Positions 25,507 to 38,796 of a stretch of DNA of 64,000 nucleotides are shown here, piece after piece. The DNA lies in contig NC_081374.1 in assembly GCF_030684315.1 (NCBI RefSeq), positions 21,555,978 through 21,619,977 of the forward strand. The letters run 5' to 3'. Below the pieces are notes generated by a model. That model was not told the origin of the DNA. It did not search any database and saw nothing but the letters and a program-made list of their open reading frames with translations. How positions within the stretch are numbered: position 1 is the stretch's first letter; each line of letters opens with the position of its first letter. This DNA is from Stegostoma tigrinum. Lineage: Eukaryota. Position numbers and translations under genes: made by a program.

Positions 25507-27011
25507 GTAAGAGATTCTGTGCATTTTGTGTTCACAAATTCAATTGAGAATCAGCAAAATCCTATGTTCTCACAGGAGATTGTCTCTTCAAATAAATTAA
25601 GTCGCCAATAATGGTTTGAGGATTCTGTAACGAGATGGGTCATTAGCAATCAAAATATTCTAGATTATTTTAAATAAGATTTTAAAGTCTGATAAGTTTT
25701 AATTTGTATTTGTATTGCAGTAGCTCAGTAGGACAATTTCAATAACAGTTAAGATCAGGTTCCCTAGTGCAAATGCAATATTTATTCTTTTCTCCTGCAC
25801 TATAAAACATTACTTTCCAATGAAATGCCTGAGGCAATGTCATGAATTACTGGCCATCCTAGATGTTTAAGTATCTTAGATTAACCAACTCATTCTTCAT
25901 GTTCCTTGTTCCTTGTAGCAGTTCCATTGATGTCCGAGTAATGGTTGGATACTTGTAGGCCCTTTAGTCTGTGCATCTGGAATTGTTCAATTTGATCTAC
26001 TTTACAAAAATAAATTCCTGAAGGCCACTGGCTAAAAAATAAATGACATGGAAAATAGAATGTCATTGGGATTAATGTAATTGTTAAGGAAGACAGTGAA
26101 ATACCCCAATACATGTCTCACAGCCCGTATTCAGTAGTGTGGCCTGTGAGAGAATGATTAAATATATGATTAGCTTAGGCAGGAAAGCCAGCTTATATAA
26201 GTTTCAATCCATATTAAACTTCATTTTACGATTCAGTCATCTTGATTTGCTTGGACACTAAATCAAAACTTGGCTATCATTCAACTCCTTTAACATTCCA
26301 AAAATAACTCAAATGTCTAATGGCATCTAGATTAAATTTGGAACTCTAGCATATAATATCCACACTCATTGTACTGCTTATTAGAAGCTAAGCACAGGGA
26401 AAAAGTGAAGAGAGCTTTAACCAAGAGCAGTACTTTTGATAGAAGGATGGGAATTATGTCTGTCAGACTGCTTTCAAATTATACAATGATTGCAATCTCT
26501 TTTGTTTTCAAAAAATGCTTTAAAGGTTTGAGAATAAACGGTTGTCTTTTAATGTGTTAGTGTCGCCATAATATGGGTCAAAGACAGCAGTACTAAATGA
26601 ATCCTCTGACAATGCTTTTGTAGCCACTATTACTCTTTAACAGTAATGAGGTAAAAGAATTTTAAATTAAAAGCTACTGGTTATTAAAATTATTATCTTA
26701 CACATGCCTTATACAATACTGAACCACTTTATAATAGAGTTCGACAGAATTATTCTCAATCTGTTATTGCTAGCATCTGTTAATCAAAAATTGTGATGAA
26801 GAGGAAGTCAGGGTGCATTTCAATATGCACTTATATGTTTCTTCAAGTTGTTTTCTCACACTGGTGTCCAAACTGAATGATATCTTTACAGTTTAGGAAC
26901 AAATCTGAAAGATATGTTACTGCTTATCCTGACAAAATTGGCATCCTAGAAGATTATGTCATGTGAGAAAACAATGCAATTGTATCCCAGTCGAATAATC
27001 TGTTGACTATC

Positions 27012-27145
27012 TCATGAACAGAGAGGGAATAGAGGGACATGGATCCTGTAAGTGAAGGCAGTTTTCACATGGAAGGGCAAAATTTGCTGGCGCAGGCTTA
27101 AAGGGCCAAAGGCTTTGTTCCTATGCTGTATTGTTCTTTGGCCTT
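27012..27145 (+). mobile_element. Short CR1 3'-end fragment
   Basis: ggaatagagggacatggatc...gggccaaaggctttgttcctatgctgtattgttct matches the CR1 3' UTRs elsewhere in the window. Confidence 0.6.
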
Positions 27146-29014
27146 TGTATTTTGTTTGTTGAGACACAAATTGTTGCATCAGAGTATGAGTCTGGTGCTC
27201 ACTTTCCAAATGAGACTTAAAACCATCTGTTGACATGTATTGGGCTCAATTTTAACAACTGGACAGAAAATGGTAAGGTAAGCAACATGTCTATCCAGGG
27301 ATGACAGCAAGCAGGTGACTGATATTAACAATCACGAAACATTTGGAAGTTGTGAGCCAACTGACCAAAATAGTTAGCTCAGGAAAGAGCAAGAAAGGAA
27401 GGATCATATAATAAACCATCTACAATTTAACATTACAGTTAGCCAGGTCAAATAGGTATAAATTAATAAATCACACATTACATTTAACTGCAGCCCATCC
27501 ACACTCCTGACTGAATCCAGAAGTTGGAGTTAAAATCAAGGCATATGTTTACCTTGCACATTCTAAATCATTAAAAATCAGAAAGACCTCAACATGAGAA
27601 ATAATGAGTTGTTCCGTAAGCTTATGAAACTGCCTCCATTTTAAGTGTTGTTTTGAAATATGAATGAATGCATCAAAATGGAGATAAGAATACTTTGAAA
27701 ATTTTGTTTCACCAATGCCAATATTTGTCCGCTAAACACTGAAGAATTTCCCAATCTCCACATTAATTTAACTTTTCCAGCTGATTTTGCTACAAAGGAC
27801 AACTATAATGGATAGGTTACAGGTTAACAAGCAACTGTCAAAGGGCTAAGATTGCAATCTTGCCTTTATTGTTGTGGTTATACTTGATTGGCCAGAAATG
27901 GACTGTCAATTTATAAAAATGTTCAGGCTGTGACCTTATTAATTTAAGAAGCTGTCCATTATTCATTCTATTGGCAAATAACAGCAAGATCATCTCACAC
28001 AGAAGAAAGAGGACACTGGTAAAGACTACATGATATAAAAAAAAGCACACCAACAAATTTATAATGATTCATCAATTTTTTAGTCAAGAGTGTGGTGATC
28101 AACCATATACTGGTAAAATGTGCATTTCTTTTGTTATTTGGCTTCTGTATAGCCTTAGCCAAGCAGAGCCAAAAAAATAACCTTCCATTCCTTATAAACA
28201 AGGTGTGAAAATCTCATTCACCTCCTGGCAGCTAGCATAGTGCATAATGATCTGGAAATTAACAGAGGACGTTAACATGAATACTGTGTGGCACAGGGAA
28301 AATGAAGAAGGAGAAGGAAGAATTTGATGCTTTAGCAATGCTTTATTGTTCGTGTACATGGATGAAAGTCTCAAGACGAGGTACTGTTATGAACTGAATA
28401 CTCAAAAGGAGATATCTTAATGGGAGAATGGTCAGGAATGCAAATAAGACAAAAATTGAAAAACGAATTGAAATGTCTGCAGAGAATATTCAATGATTAA
28501 AGATTAGAGATAACAAGTCATTAGACACTGTACTGAGCTCTCAATGAGTTGCCACAGAAGGTAGATTCATATTATTCAGAAGATGCACAAGTTTTATCAA
28601 CATACACGCACAAATTTCATGACTTTTTCAGTTGCTGATCAATTATCACGCACAACCTATTTCATATGATGTTATGAACAATGGTTGGAGGAATGTACTG
28701 ACTGTCTCTAGTCCCACTACTCACAACATATATTTTATCAACTTACTCAGTTACCAATATGTGTAATCTCAATATTAAGTTCAGAATTAAATGATCTATT
28801 AATGAAGTTTCTTTAATAAACAACAGGTCTATTGATTTATTATAAAACAAGACTTACTGAGCAAAGATGCAAAGCTGGTTAACATGGTTTAAACTATGAA
28901 AGTAAATACACATAAACGACCAAATACACACCTGACACATGCACACACAACATGCATGCACATACTACACACATTCTCTGGATTCTCTGCCATGATTGGC
29001 TAATAATTAACATA

Positions 29015-29725
29015 AAACAAAGAAGTGAGGACACTGAAACTCTGAAACAAAACTAGAAATTGCTGGAGAAACTTACCAAGTCTGGCAGCATCTGTGAAGA
29101 GAAAGCAAAGTTAATGTTTTGGGTCCAATGATCCTTCTTGAGAGCAGTAGTGTCTAGGAAAAGGCGGCATAAATACTGAAGTTGGAGTGGGGTGTAAAGG
29201 AGTAAGCAATATGTGGAGTTGGAGTCCAAGACAATTAGGCAGACAAAGAAGTGGATAATGATGAGCTGGGGAGAAAGCAAAGCTGCTAATGGGAATCAAA
29301 AGAAATTGAAAATGGGTTGAGCTATGCTAAATAGTAGTCCATGTGATTGTAGTACCTGGGGAGTGGGGGAAGGTAAGAACATGAAGATAATGTTCAGGAC
29401 CTAACATTATTGAACTCTGACAGCGGAGGAGGCCAAGGATGGATGTGTCATCAGGGGAGCGGGAGGGGCAGTCTGTCTTCTGACTCACCTATCCAGTCCA
29501 CCCTTCCCACTGACCAACCACACCTAACCACTACCTGCATCTACCTAGATCCATCTCATCTGCTACTATTTATTTCTGGGCTCCCCTACCACTCCCCAAT
29601 CCCGACAAAGGTTTTCAGCCTGACACGTTAACTTTCCTGCTCCTCGGATGCTGTCTGACCTGTTGTGCTTTTTCAGCTCCACGTTTATTGACTCTAGCTT
29701 CCAGCATCTGCAGTCCTTACTGTCT
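29015..29725. mobile_element. Composite Penelope remnant: family-2 terminus on - (about 29015-29470) and family-1 terminus on + (about 29480-29725)
   Basis: The left part is homologous to the arms at 56527-56705; the right part to 6590-6856 and 33590-33707. Confidence 0.65.
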
Positions 29726-30202
29726 TCAAATAGAAAGGTAAGCTTCAATTAATTAGTCATTATGCAGATATGTCCCAGGCATGTGCATTACATGTTTCAC
29801 AAGTGTAAGTCAACATGCAATCTTGTAATTTTTTCAATTTAGCCTCTACTACATTTAAATTTCTAAATTCCCATCCAATTGTCTGCCTTCAGTCACATTT
29901 ACCAACAGTAGTTCTTGGATATGATTATCCAAACAGTACCTTCTATGAGCCTTATTCATTCAGCCAGTGATTAGAAAAGTAATTGGGATGTTGATGTTTA
30001 TTGCAAAACAAGGGAATATTAAAGCAACAAAGTTTTACTGAACTAGGCAGGACTTTGATGAAATCGTATCTGAGATAGCCTCTGTCGTTTTGTTTCCTTA
30101 TTTGAAAGAACAATATAATTGGGCAAGAAATGGTTCAGTAAATGTTCATTTGATCCATTCTTGGATGAACAGCTTGGAAGTTATTGAATTTTTAAAATTC
30201 AA

Positions 30203-30520
30203 AATTCATTCACGAGATAAGGGCATCATTGGCTGAGCCAGCTTTTACTGCCCATCCCTACATTACTGTGGATCTGAAGTCACATGTAGGCTAGGCCAGA
30301 CCAGGTAAGGATGGAAGATTCACTTCCAAAGGACATTAGTGAATCAGATAAGTAATTTTCCACAACAATTGACTATGGATTCATAGTCATCGTTAGACTT
30401 TTAATTCCAGATTTTTACCAAATTCATTTCTACCATCTGCTGCAATAGGATTTGACCCTGGGTTCTCAGGACATTACCTGGGTCTTTGGATGAATAATAC
30501 CATTAGGTCATCACCTTCCT
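30203..30520 (-). mobile_element. DeuSINE/SacSINE1-like SINE inside an old CR1 remnant (about 29960-31200, +)
   Basis: Homologous to 17735-18056; degenerate CR1 sequence lies on both sides. Confidence 0.7.
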
Positions 30521-30677
30521 TTATATTGGCGATTATAAAATCTTATTGAAACATAGGAGATCCTGAGAGGATTGGATTAGTTGATAGATGGGATGATATT
30601 TCCTCTTGTGAAGGAGACTAGGACTAGGCAGCACAGTTTACGAATAAGAGGTCACCCTTTTATGGTTGGTAATGATT

Positions 30678-30971
30678 CATAGAATCCCTACAGTGTGTAA
30701 ACAGGCCCTTCAGCCCAACAAGTCCACACCGAACCTCAGAGCATCCCACCCAGACCTATCCCCCTATAACCCACCTAATCTACACCTCCCTGAACACTAT
30801 GGGCAATTTAGCGCGGCCAATCCACCTAACCTGCAGATCTTTGGACCAAGGGACGAAGCCCACACAGACACAGGGAGAATGTGCAAATTCCACACAGACA
30901 GTCACCCGAGGCTAGAACTGAACTTGGGTCCCTGGCACTGTGAGGCAACGGTGCTAACCACTGTGCTGCCC
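30678..30971 (-). mobile_element. HE1-type SINE
   Basis: catagaatccctacagtgtg...ctaaccactgtgctgccc; very similar to 12024-12326. Confidence 0.9.
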
Positions 30972-31409
30972 AAGTAGAAACTCTTTTCTCTCAGAGTCAT
31001 CTGCATGTGAAATTCTCTTCTATGGAAAATTTATTCAAGTTAGATTGATTCTTGATTGACAAAGGAGTCAAAGCCAAGAGGCTGGCAGACAGGTAATTGG
31101 AGTTCAGATTGCAACCATAGCAGCTGTGATCCAACTGAATGGCAGAACATGCTCAAAAGTGTCAACTAGCTTATTCCTGCTCCTACATCCTATATTCTAA
31201 AATAATTCAAGGCCAAGCACTTCTAACTCCATGCAACTTATGTAAATACATTATGTTTTCACTTTCTTGCTACCCATTAGAAGGGAAAATGTGTGTTCCA
31301 GGCAACTCAAAGTGGCCTGCAAAGACTCGAGTCAAGATGATCAGCTTACATTCATTAGAAAATGAGGGGAGGGTGATACAAAGATTCCCTGGCTCCCACA
31401 TCTGTACTG

Positions 31410-31855
31410 GAGCTTAGGCCTTTCCTTAGGCTTGGTGAATTATTATAGATAGTTCACACAAAACTTGGCCTCCAGTTTGCCACCTTTACATAACTCATTT
31501 TTTTAGATAAAAAGCGTCAGCCTTGAAAATGGTCATGTAGTCAAGCCAGAGCTTTCGGAGAAATGAAGAAACAGCTATCATCCACTGAGGTGCTGGTATA
31601 CTATGATCCAAGCAAGAACTGGTGTTCACATGAGATGCCTCTCTGTACAACATTGGGGTAGTATTAGCTCATAGGTAGTCCAATGGAGAAGAACGCCCAA
31701 CAGCCTACGCATCTAGGACTTTGGATAATGCAGAGTTTATGTATGCCCACGTAGAGAAGGCAGGCTTGGTGGTAATATTTGGAGTCAGGAAGTTCAGCAA
31801 TACATTCACAGATATAAATTTGTAATAATAACTGATAACAAAACCCGTTAGGTCT
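31410..31855 (+). mobile_element. Gypsy/Ty3 LTR-retrotransposon RT-RNase H remnant
   Basis: Degenerate translation LVNYY..F..NLAS...PL, then VLVYYDPSK..DASLYNIGVVLAH...GEERPTAYASRTLDNAE..YAHVEKAGLVVIFGVRKF..Y....FVIITDNK. Confidence 0.85.
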
Positions 31856-32692
31856 ACTCTTCTAATTCTGACCCCTGTACATCTCTGATTGTCATCACTC
31901 CATCACTGGGCCACAATGACACTTGATACTTTACTAAATTGAACGTATATAACATACAAAATTTTCTTAATATCCTTTTTTTGATGAGATGTCTTCAGAA
32001 GAACTTAAAACTCTACCATGATCAATATTGCACAATGACTTCTGTTATTCCAAAAATAACAGACACACTCAGGTAGTCAGAGGATGTCTAACCACATATA
32101 AGATACCTGCATTTCCCAATTGCTTGTGATATTCTGAAAGATTGCATGTGTTCAGTGGACAGAAGAACAAAGCATTCACATTTTAAGGATATGCTCCAGT
32201 AAGAAATAAAGAGACAATGGTTTTCCACCTGACCCCTTAGCAACATTGCAATGTTTGTAGGACGCAATCTGATCAGAAGGGACATGAACCCTATTTGCAA
32301 AAGTGACTTTATTATGGAATGTGTCATGGAAAACATAATAACAATTGACTTGTCCAAATTAGCAAGTAGGAGAGGTTCTGGTTGTCACTGTTCTCTATCT
32401 CCCATGGTACATTTATGAGCACATACATAGAAGCATGGAAAATAGGAGAAGGGACAGAACATTGATCTTCGATCCTGCTCCACCATTCATTATGGTCATG
32501 GCTGATCATTCAATGCAAGAGTCTGTTCCTACTTTATCCCTCTAATCCTTTGATTCCTTCAGTCCAAGGGTGAATTGTAACTCCTCCTTGAACTCATGCA
32601 ATGTTTTGGCCTTGACTGCTTTCCGAGGCAACAAATTCCACAGGTTCGCCACTCTCTGAGTGAAGCCCTTTCTCTTCATCTCAACCCTAAGA

Positions 32693-33800
32693 TCAGTGAG
32701 TTGTGGATCGTGTAGAAGGTTGTCAAAGGATACAGCTAGATATAGATCAGTGCAGATATGGGTGGAGAAATGGGAGATGGAGGTAAGTGTGAGCTGCTGC
32801 ACTTTGAGAGATCAAATGTTAAGGAAAAGTGTGCAGTTAATGCCATGACCCTGCACAGCGCTGACATACAGGGGCATCTTGCGATTCAAGTCCATTGCTC
32901 CCTGAAAGAGGCCACAAAAGTAGATAGGGTAGTAAAGAAGGCATATGGCATGCTTGCCTTTATTGGTCAGAGATTTGAGTTCAAGAATCAAGAAGTCATG
33001 TTGCAGCTTTATAAGACTTTGGTTAGGACACATTTACAGTATTGTGTTCAATTCCAGTCGCCACATTGCAGGAAGGATTGGGAGGCTTTGAAGAGCATGC
33101 AGAAGTTTACCAAGATGGTGCCTGGATTAGAGGGCATGAGCTATAAGAGGCTGGAAAGACTCAGGTGGTTTTCTCTGGTGCAGGGGAGGCTGAAGGGAAA
33201 GCTGATAGAAGTCTATAAAATTTTGAGATGTATAGACAGGGTTGATGGCCAGAATTTTTTAACCCACGGTTGAAATGTTTAATACTAAGGGGTATGCATT
33301 TAAGGTGAGAGGAGGAAAAGTTCAAACAATATGGGAGGGGCAGAATTGATTACACAGGGTGATAGAGTGTGTAACGCGCTGGCAGGGGTTGTGGTGGAGG
33401 CAGTTATAATAGAGAGGGTTAAGGCACTTTTAGATAACCACAGAAATATACAATGAATGGAGGGATATGGACCAACAGCAGACAGGAGGGAGATAACAAG
33501 GTGTGGAGCTGGAGGAACACAGCAGGCCAAGCAGCATCTTAGGAGCAGGAAAGCTGACATTTCAGGCCTAGATCCTTCATCAGAAAAGGGTCCAGGTCCG
33601 AAACATCAGCTTTCCTGCTTCTAAGATGCTGCTTGGCCTGCTGCGTTCATCCAGCTCCACACCTTGTTATCTCGGATTCTCCAGCATCTGCAGTTCCTAT
33701 TATCTCTCAGCAGACAGGAGGGATTAGTTTAATTTGGTGTCACATTCAGCACAACATTGTGGGCTGAAGGGCCTGTTCTTATGTGTACTGTTCTGTGTTC
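32693..33800 (+). mobile_element. CR1 LINE 3' fragment
   Basis: ORF 32758-33273 (KCELLHF..VVKKAYGMLAFI..MLQLYKTLVRTHLQYCVQF..) plus a 3' UTR ending gggctgaagggcctgttc..tgtactgttctgtgttc. Confidence 0.92.
33490..33707. mobile_element. Palindromic Penelope pLTR-derived mini-insertion (family 1) with 16-bp target duplication
   Basis: Inverted arms of about 86 bp (33490-33575 and 33588-33673), a 34-bp tail, and the flanking direct repeat cagcagacaggaggga at 33476-33491 and 33708-33723. Confidence 0.9.
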
Positions 33801-36514
33801 CTAAATGGTTTATCCCATATCCTCAGATTATGACCACTAGTTCAGGACTTCCCCATCAGAAATATTTATACTGCATCTACCCTGCCTAGTGTCTTTAGAA
33901 CTTAAATTTTAAGATTCCTACCCCCAGCCCCTCCTTTATTTTTCTGAACTGCAGCAAATGTAATCCTAATTGACTCAACCTCTCCCTACACTTCAGTCCT
34001 ACCATTCCTGGAATCAGACTAGTAAAACTTCTACAAAACACCGAAGGGAAAAAAAAACAATACTTTTCTCCAAACACAATTTAAAATGAGACAGAAGTCT
34101 GATACTGAAAATGCAAAATCTTGTTTGAGAAAGTTTAAGGAATGTCTCAATTGTGCAGTCATAATGTTATATGTTTTGTAAAGAAAGCTATTCTCTCTAA
34201 CTTTCAAAATTGCTTTCAAAAGTCAGTTGAATATATTTGTGGATTCAGCTGAGATTAGGGCCAGTTTATGTTGTTCCCAAAAAGAAATCACAAGAGGCCT
34301 TTTGAAATTTAATAAACATTCCTCAGCATAATAGATAGTCTTTGACAATGGTTCACTGGAGGAATGAATAGTGCTTCCTATCTCAACAAAACCTGAAAGA
34401 GTGGGAGCTATCCAAGTTAATGACTGAGGAAGTTTAAAAAAGTGAATTATTTTGACTGAAAGTCTGAGCCAACACCTAATTTGAAAGCATGTTTCAACAC
34501 TTCTGCCATAACAGCCACTTCAAGTGTTGAGTTGTAGAAACATATCTGACTGTGATCAATCATTTTAGTGCATAGACTATTGCAAAAATATCTTCAACAA
34601 GCCATTAGTTCTCAGTAGGGAGACAAAGGAAGATAGATATGGAGGCCTGTGACTATCGAGGCTACCAAGAGCCTCAGCAACAGTGCCATAGAAGAAAAAC
34701 AAAAGGAGCCTTCATTCACTGAGGATCTGTTCTGCTGGGTCCATCTGAGGGAGCAAAGTACAGACGCATAATCTGACTTCAGGCTTTCAACACGTTTGGA
34801 AGAAGAATCCTTAAGTGAGCTAGGCTTGCAACAATAATAGAGATTCAACTCATTTTTATCATCATACATAAAGTTTAAATCTTTACATCTGTTTTTCGGC
34901 TAATGCTTTTACTTTTTAATTAATTTCTAACAGTTGGGTTATAAACCATTTTTTTTTCCTCATATTTAAACAATAAATCTGTGTTGCTGGTTATCTTTAA
35001 ATTGAAATACCAGAAAACTAAGACAGAGATGTATACCAGTTTATACAAATTCATAGCTCATAACTTGTTCTGAGGACACACCTGAGCCCTGGTCATGACA
35101 AAGATTTACAGCAGCAAAGATTGTAATTAGTCATTTTGGGATACTTTTGGCAGAAATTAAATGACATTAAATCTAGAACCGTATATTCAGGCCAGGAATA
35201 CGGAAAAAAAAGAAAATTAGATTTGCTGTTAAACTTGAGCTTCTAGTGTAACATTGTTTAGATATTCAGTTGATGAATAGACATTACATGATGGGAGATA
35301 TTTTTAATCTTAACCAAAACTGTTTGCTAATAAAAGAAATCCTTTATAAATTATCATAACCATTCACACAAGCCCCAGAACTGCTGATGGCTCAAGCTTT
35401 TGCATAATTACCTTTGGATCAACCTCAATGGTTTCTAAAAGATAGTTGAATACACAAGGCTCTAAAATGAGTCATTATCAACAAGTTGTCATGGCCGAAG
35501 ATATTAGTACAAATGTCAGGAGGTATAATGTCATTACCATTATTTCATGCATAAATGCCAGTGAAAGTTCTGTAACTCAAATTTTATGGAAATGTTCCTT
35601 TGGTCTTCCTCTCAATCTTGTGATCCATCTTTCACCTGGAGGATAGCTTTCCATGGAACACACATTGAGGACTGCTGCCTACAAGAACTTCCTAATGAGC
35701 ACTGATGGGTCAGGACTGCCCTCTGCCCCTGAGCACTAGTTAATGTGCCCTATTTCTAGGGGCAGGTAACTTACTGTGTCAATCAATTGTCTGAATCCTT
35801 TTGCCAAAATGATGAAGGGACAATTACTGATAACATCATGCTTATTTCAAAAACATTGCACTCTTATTATAGTTGAGCAGTACCTGGTAAATCATTTGTT
35901 TATACTAGTCAAAGCCTAGCTACTATTGGAACACAATTAGGTGAGGTCTCATGCTACACAGGAGACACTAAAAATGCACAATTTTAAAGTGGCCTCCAGT
36001 TTCCGACAGTGTATTTGCCCCATAAATTTCTAGGCTATACTGCAGGTCTATGTAGCATAGTGCTGCACAGTTGAAACGTGTATTCCATCAACCATTCAGT
36101 TCTCGCCACCAACGACAAGCTGCCAGTCACACACTCCCCACAAAAACATAGCATGAGCCACAAGTGTTCAGTAACCTGTGACTAAGCACTGAAGAGCTAG
36201 TGCAGTAAGAAAGAAAGTCACACAGAAGTTGTCAGACTGAAGTCAGCAAATGTGCATTAAGAAAGCAATGTAGACAGAGGCTAGCAGCCTACAAGTAATT
36301 GCAAAGTGAGTGAGTTTTATGAAAACAAGAACTATAAGAGAGCTCCTGTGCAGATGTACAAGTTTCATCTATGCTTCAGCATGCAAAGTAATCTGGCAAT
36401 GCCTAGGTGTCTGAGCTCCAAAATTGAGAAGAGCTAGAGATGTGTGAGAATTGGTCTAAGGGCAATGGTTTTGAGCTCCTTATGTAAGGAAACACATGCT
36501 GACACTGGAGATAG

Positions 36515-36855
36515 TCCAAAGAAGGTTCCTAGGTTGATCCCAGACAGGGTAGGACAATTTTATGAAGAGGTTGATTAGTCTAGGCCAAATGCATTGGAGT
36601 TAATGAAAGGTCGTCTTATTGTAATATACAAGATTCTTAATGGACTTGACAAGATAGATACAGAAAGATTGTTACCTCTTGTGGAAGTGTCTAGGACCAT
36701 AGGGCATAATTTCAAATTGAGGGGTTTAAAGACAAATATAAGGAGAAATTGACTTTCTCAGAGGGTAGTTAATGAGTGGAATTCTTTACCACAGAGAACT
36801 GTGGAGGCTGGATTGTTAAGTAAATTCAAGACTGAAATGGACAGACTTTTAATTG
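36515..36855 (+). mobile_element. Decayed CR1 fragment
   Basis: LEIVQRRFLGLIP, YKILNGLDKID and FSQRVVNEWNSLPQ-like remnants. Confidence 0.7.
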
Positions 36856-36868
36856 AGTGCACGCCACA

Positions 36869-37096
36869 GGGTAGCATGGTAGCACAGTGGTTAGCATTGC
36901 TGCCCTACAGAGTTAGAGACCCAGGTTCAATCCCAACGTTGGGTGACTGTATGGGTTTCTGCCAGGTGCTCTGATTTCCTCCCACATTCCAAATATGTGC
37001 AGATTAGGTGGACTATGTGAGGTGATTGGGGGGGGGGGTAGTATCGGTACAGACAATAAGCTAAATGGCCTCTCTTGAGCTGTAGGAATTCAATGA
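36869..37096 (+). mobile_element. Diverged HE1-type SINE
   Basis: tggtagcacagtggttagc..ggttcaatccc..ctgtaggaattcaatg. Confidence 0.75.
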
Positions 37097-38796
37097 TCAA
37101 TCATTAAGTACAATGGGGAAAATACACAGGGTTAGGGGCTGCTGAATGCATTTCCAGCTGCTAAAGGGTGAGAGGATTGAATTCTTAAGTTGGATCAATT
37201 TTGAATGCTGCTTCAAGCATCAATCTTCCATTGTTCATTGCAGACATCAGTTGGACTTGAGAGCACTCTCAACAAAAAAAATCTGAACTTCACACCCAAC
37301 TGTGTGTTTAATTCGAGTGTTCAGGCAGCCCTGGCAGCTAAGGTGTAGTGCTATAACTCCATCTACTGAGTTCAAAAGGTTTCACATCTTTAGAAGATAC
37401 AAATTTTGTAAATAGACTAACATAACACAGAAAGCTCAAAGTTAACAGGCAGAAACAGCAAATAAGTATTAAGGCAAATATTGATCTTCATTGTGAGGGA
37501 CATTAACTAGAGAAGTAAAGGCTTGCTATAATTGTATAAAGTATTGGTGAGACCTCACTGTTAAAATATGGCATATGTTTGGTTTCCTGAAGGAAGGATA
37601 TACTTGAATTGATTTGCTAGGTTGATTAGACGGACAATGGGCTCAGCCTGAGATGGTCATTGGTGTTACACAAATGCCAGACAATGTAACTTGCAATTTT
37701 TCAGCCTGTGGAAATGCAGAGCTAACATGTTCCCATAAAGGTGAAGAGTTGAATCAAAAATTCCAAGAGGATCCTGGACATTAGGGAATCTGCAGGCCTG
37801 GATAAGGAAAAACAAAAGGGAAGCTTATGGTAGATACTAATAGCTCAAAATACCAGAAGCCCTATAGAAAGTTGTGGGGGCTAATTAAAAAACATAAATT
37901 AGGTAAGCAGATTGGGCATAAAAAAGGTAAAGAAAAACCTCAAAACATTCTACAAATACTAGTACAAGAAGATAGACAAGGAAGGTGTGGGAGTCATTAG
38001 GGCAAATATCAAATTGTGAGTGCAGCCATTCACAATAGAAAACAATAATGCAGGCATAGAAATAGGGAAGAGGTTTGTGATGGACTTGAACAAATTAGCG
38101 TCAAGGAGATGATGGTAATGGTAATTTAATTACATTTAAAAGTGGACAATCCTCAGCCCCAGAGTATCCCAAGCTGTCCTGGGAGGCAAGGGAGGAGTTG
38201 GTAGGGCTATAACAGTCATTTTCAAATCCTCTTCGGATGCAAGATTGGTACAAGAGGACTGTAAGACAGCTAACGTGGTACCAGTGGGAGAGTGGTAGGG
38301 ATAAACCAAGGAAACTCAATCTGGTGAGTTGGGAAACAATTGGGGAAAAAGCAGCTTTTAGGACACAATTAGTCTCCAATTGGAGAGGAAGGGTTAGTCA
38401 AGCATGCTCAACATGGTTTTGACAGGGAAAATCATATCTGAAACATGTGAATTTCTGAGGAGCTGACACAATCTGGATGAGGATAATGCTGTGGATGTAG
38501 TATATATGGAATTTAATAAGGATTTTCTCAAGGTCTTGCATAGGAAACTCATCAAGGTGGTAATCACACACAGGATCAAGGTTAATTTAGCAAATTAGAT
38601 CCGAAGTTGGCTTTGTGACAAGAGACAGAGTGTAACAGTAGAAGGTTATTTTGTAAATGGAGCCCTGCATCAGCAACATACTGCAGAATCTGGTTTTCTT
38701 GCTTCATCTACAGCATTAATGCAAGAGGTTTTACCAACATGTTCTCAGGTGACTCAAAACTTAGTCTTATAGTAAGTGGGGAGGAAAGGCTTGGAT

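Larger units (their letters stand above)
32425..34030 (-). mobile_element. Older CR1 3' fragment (32425-32690 and 33800-34030) split by a younger CR1
   Basis: The minus strand gives FTQRVANLWNLLPRKAVKAKTL and FTSLIPGMVGL...ERLSQLGL on the two sides of the insertion. Confidence 0.7.

Noticed and set aside
34269-35100. Possible long solo LTR (TG...AATAAA...tcatgaCA)
   Set aside because: No target-site duplication and no second copy in the window; boundaries are unsupported.
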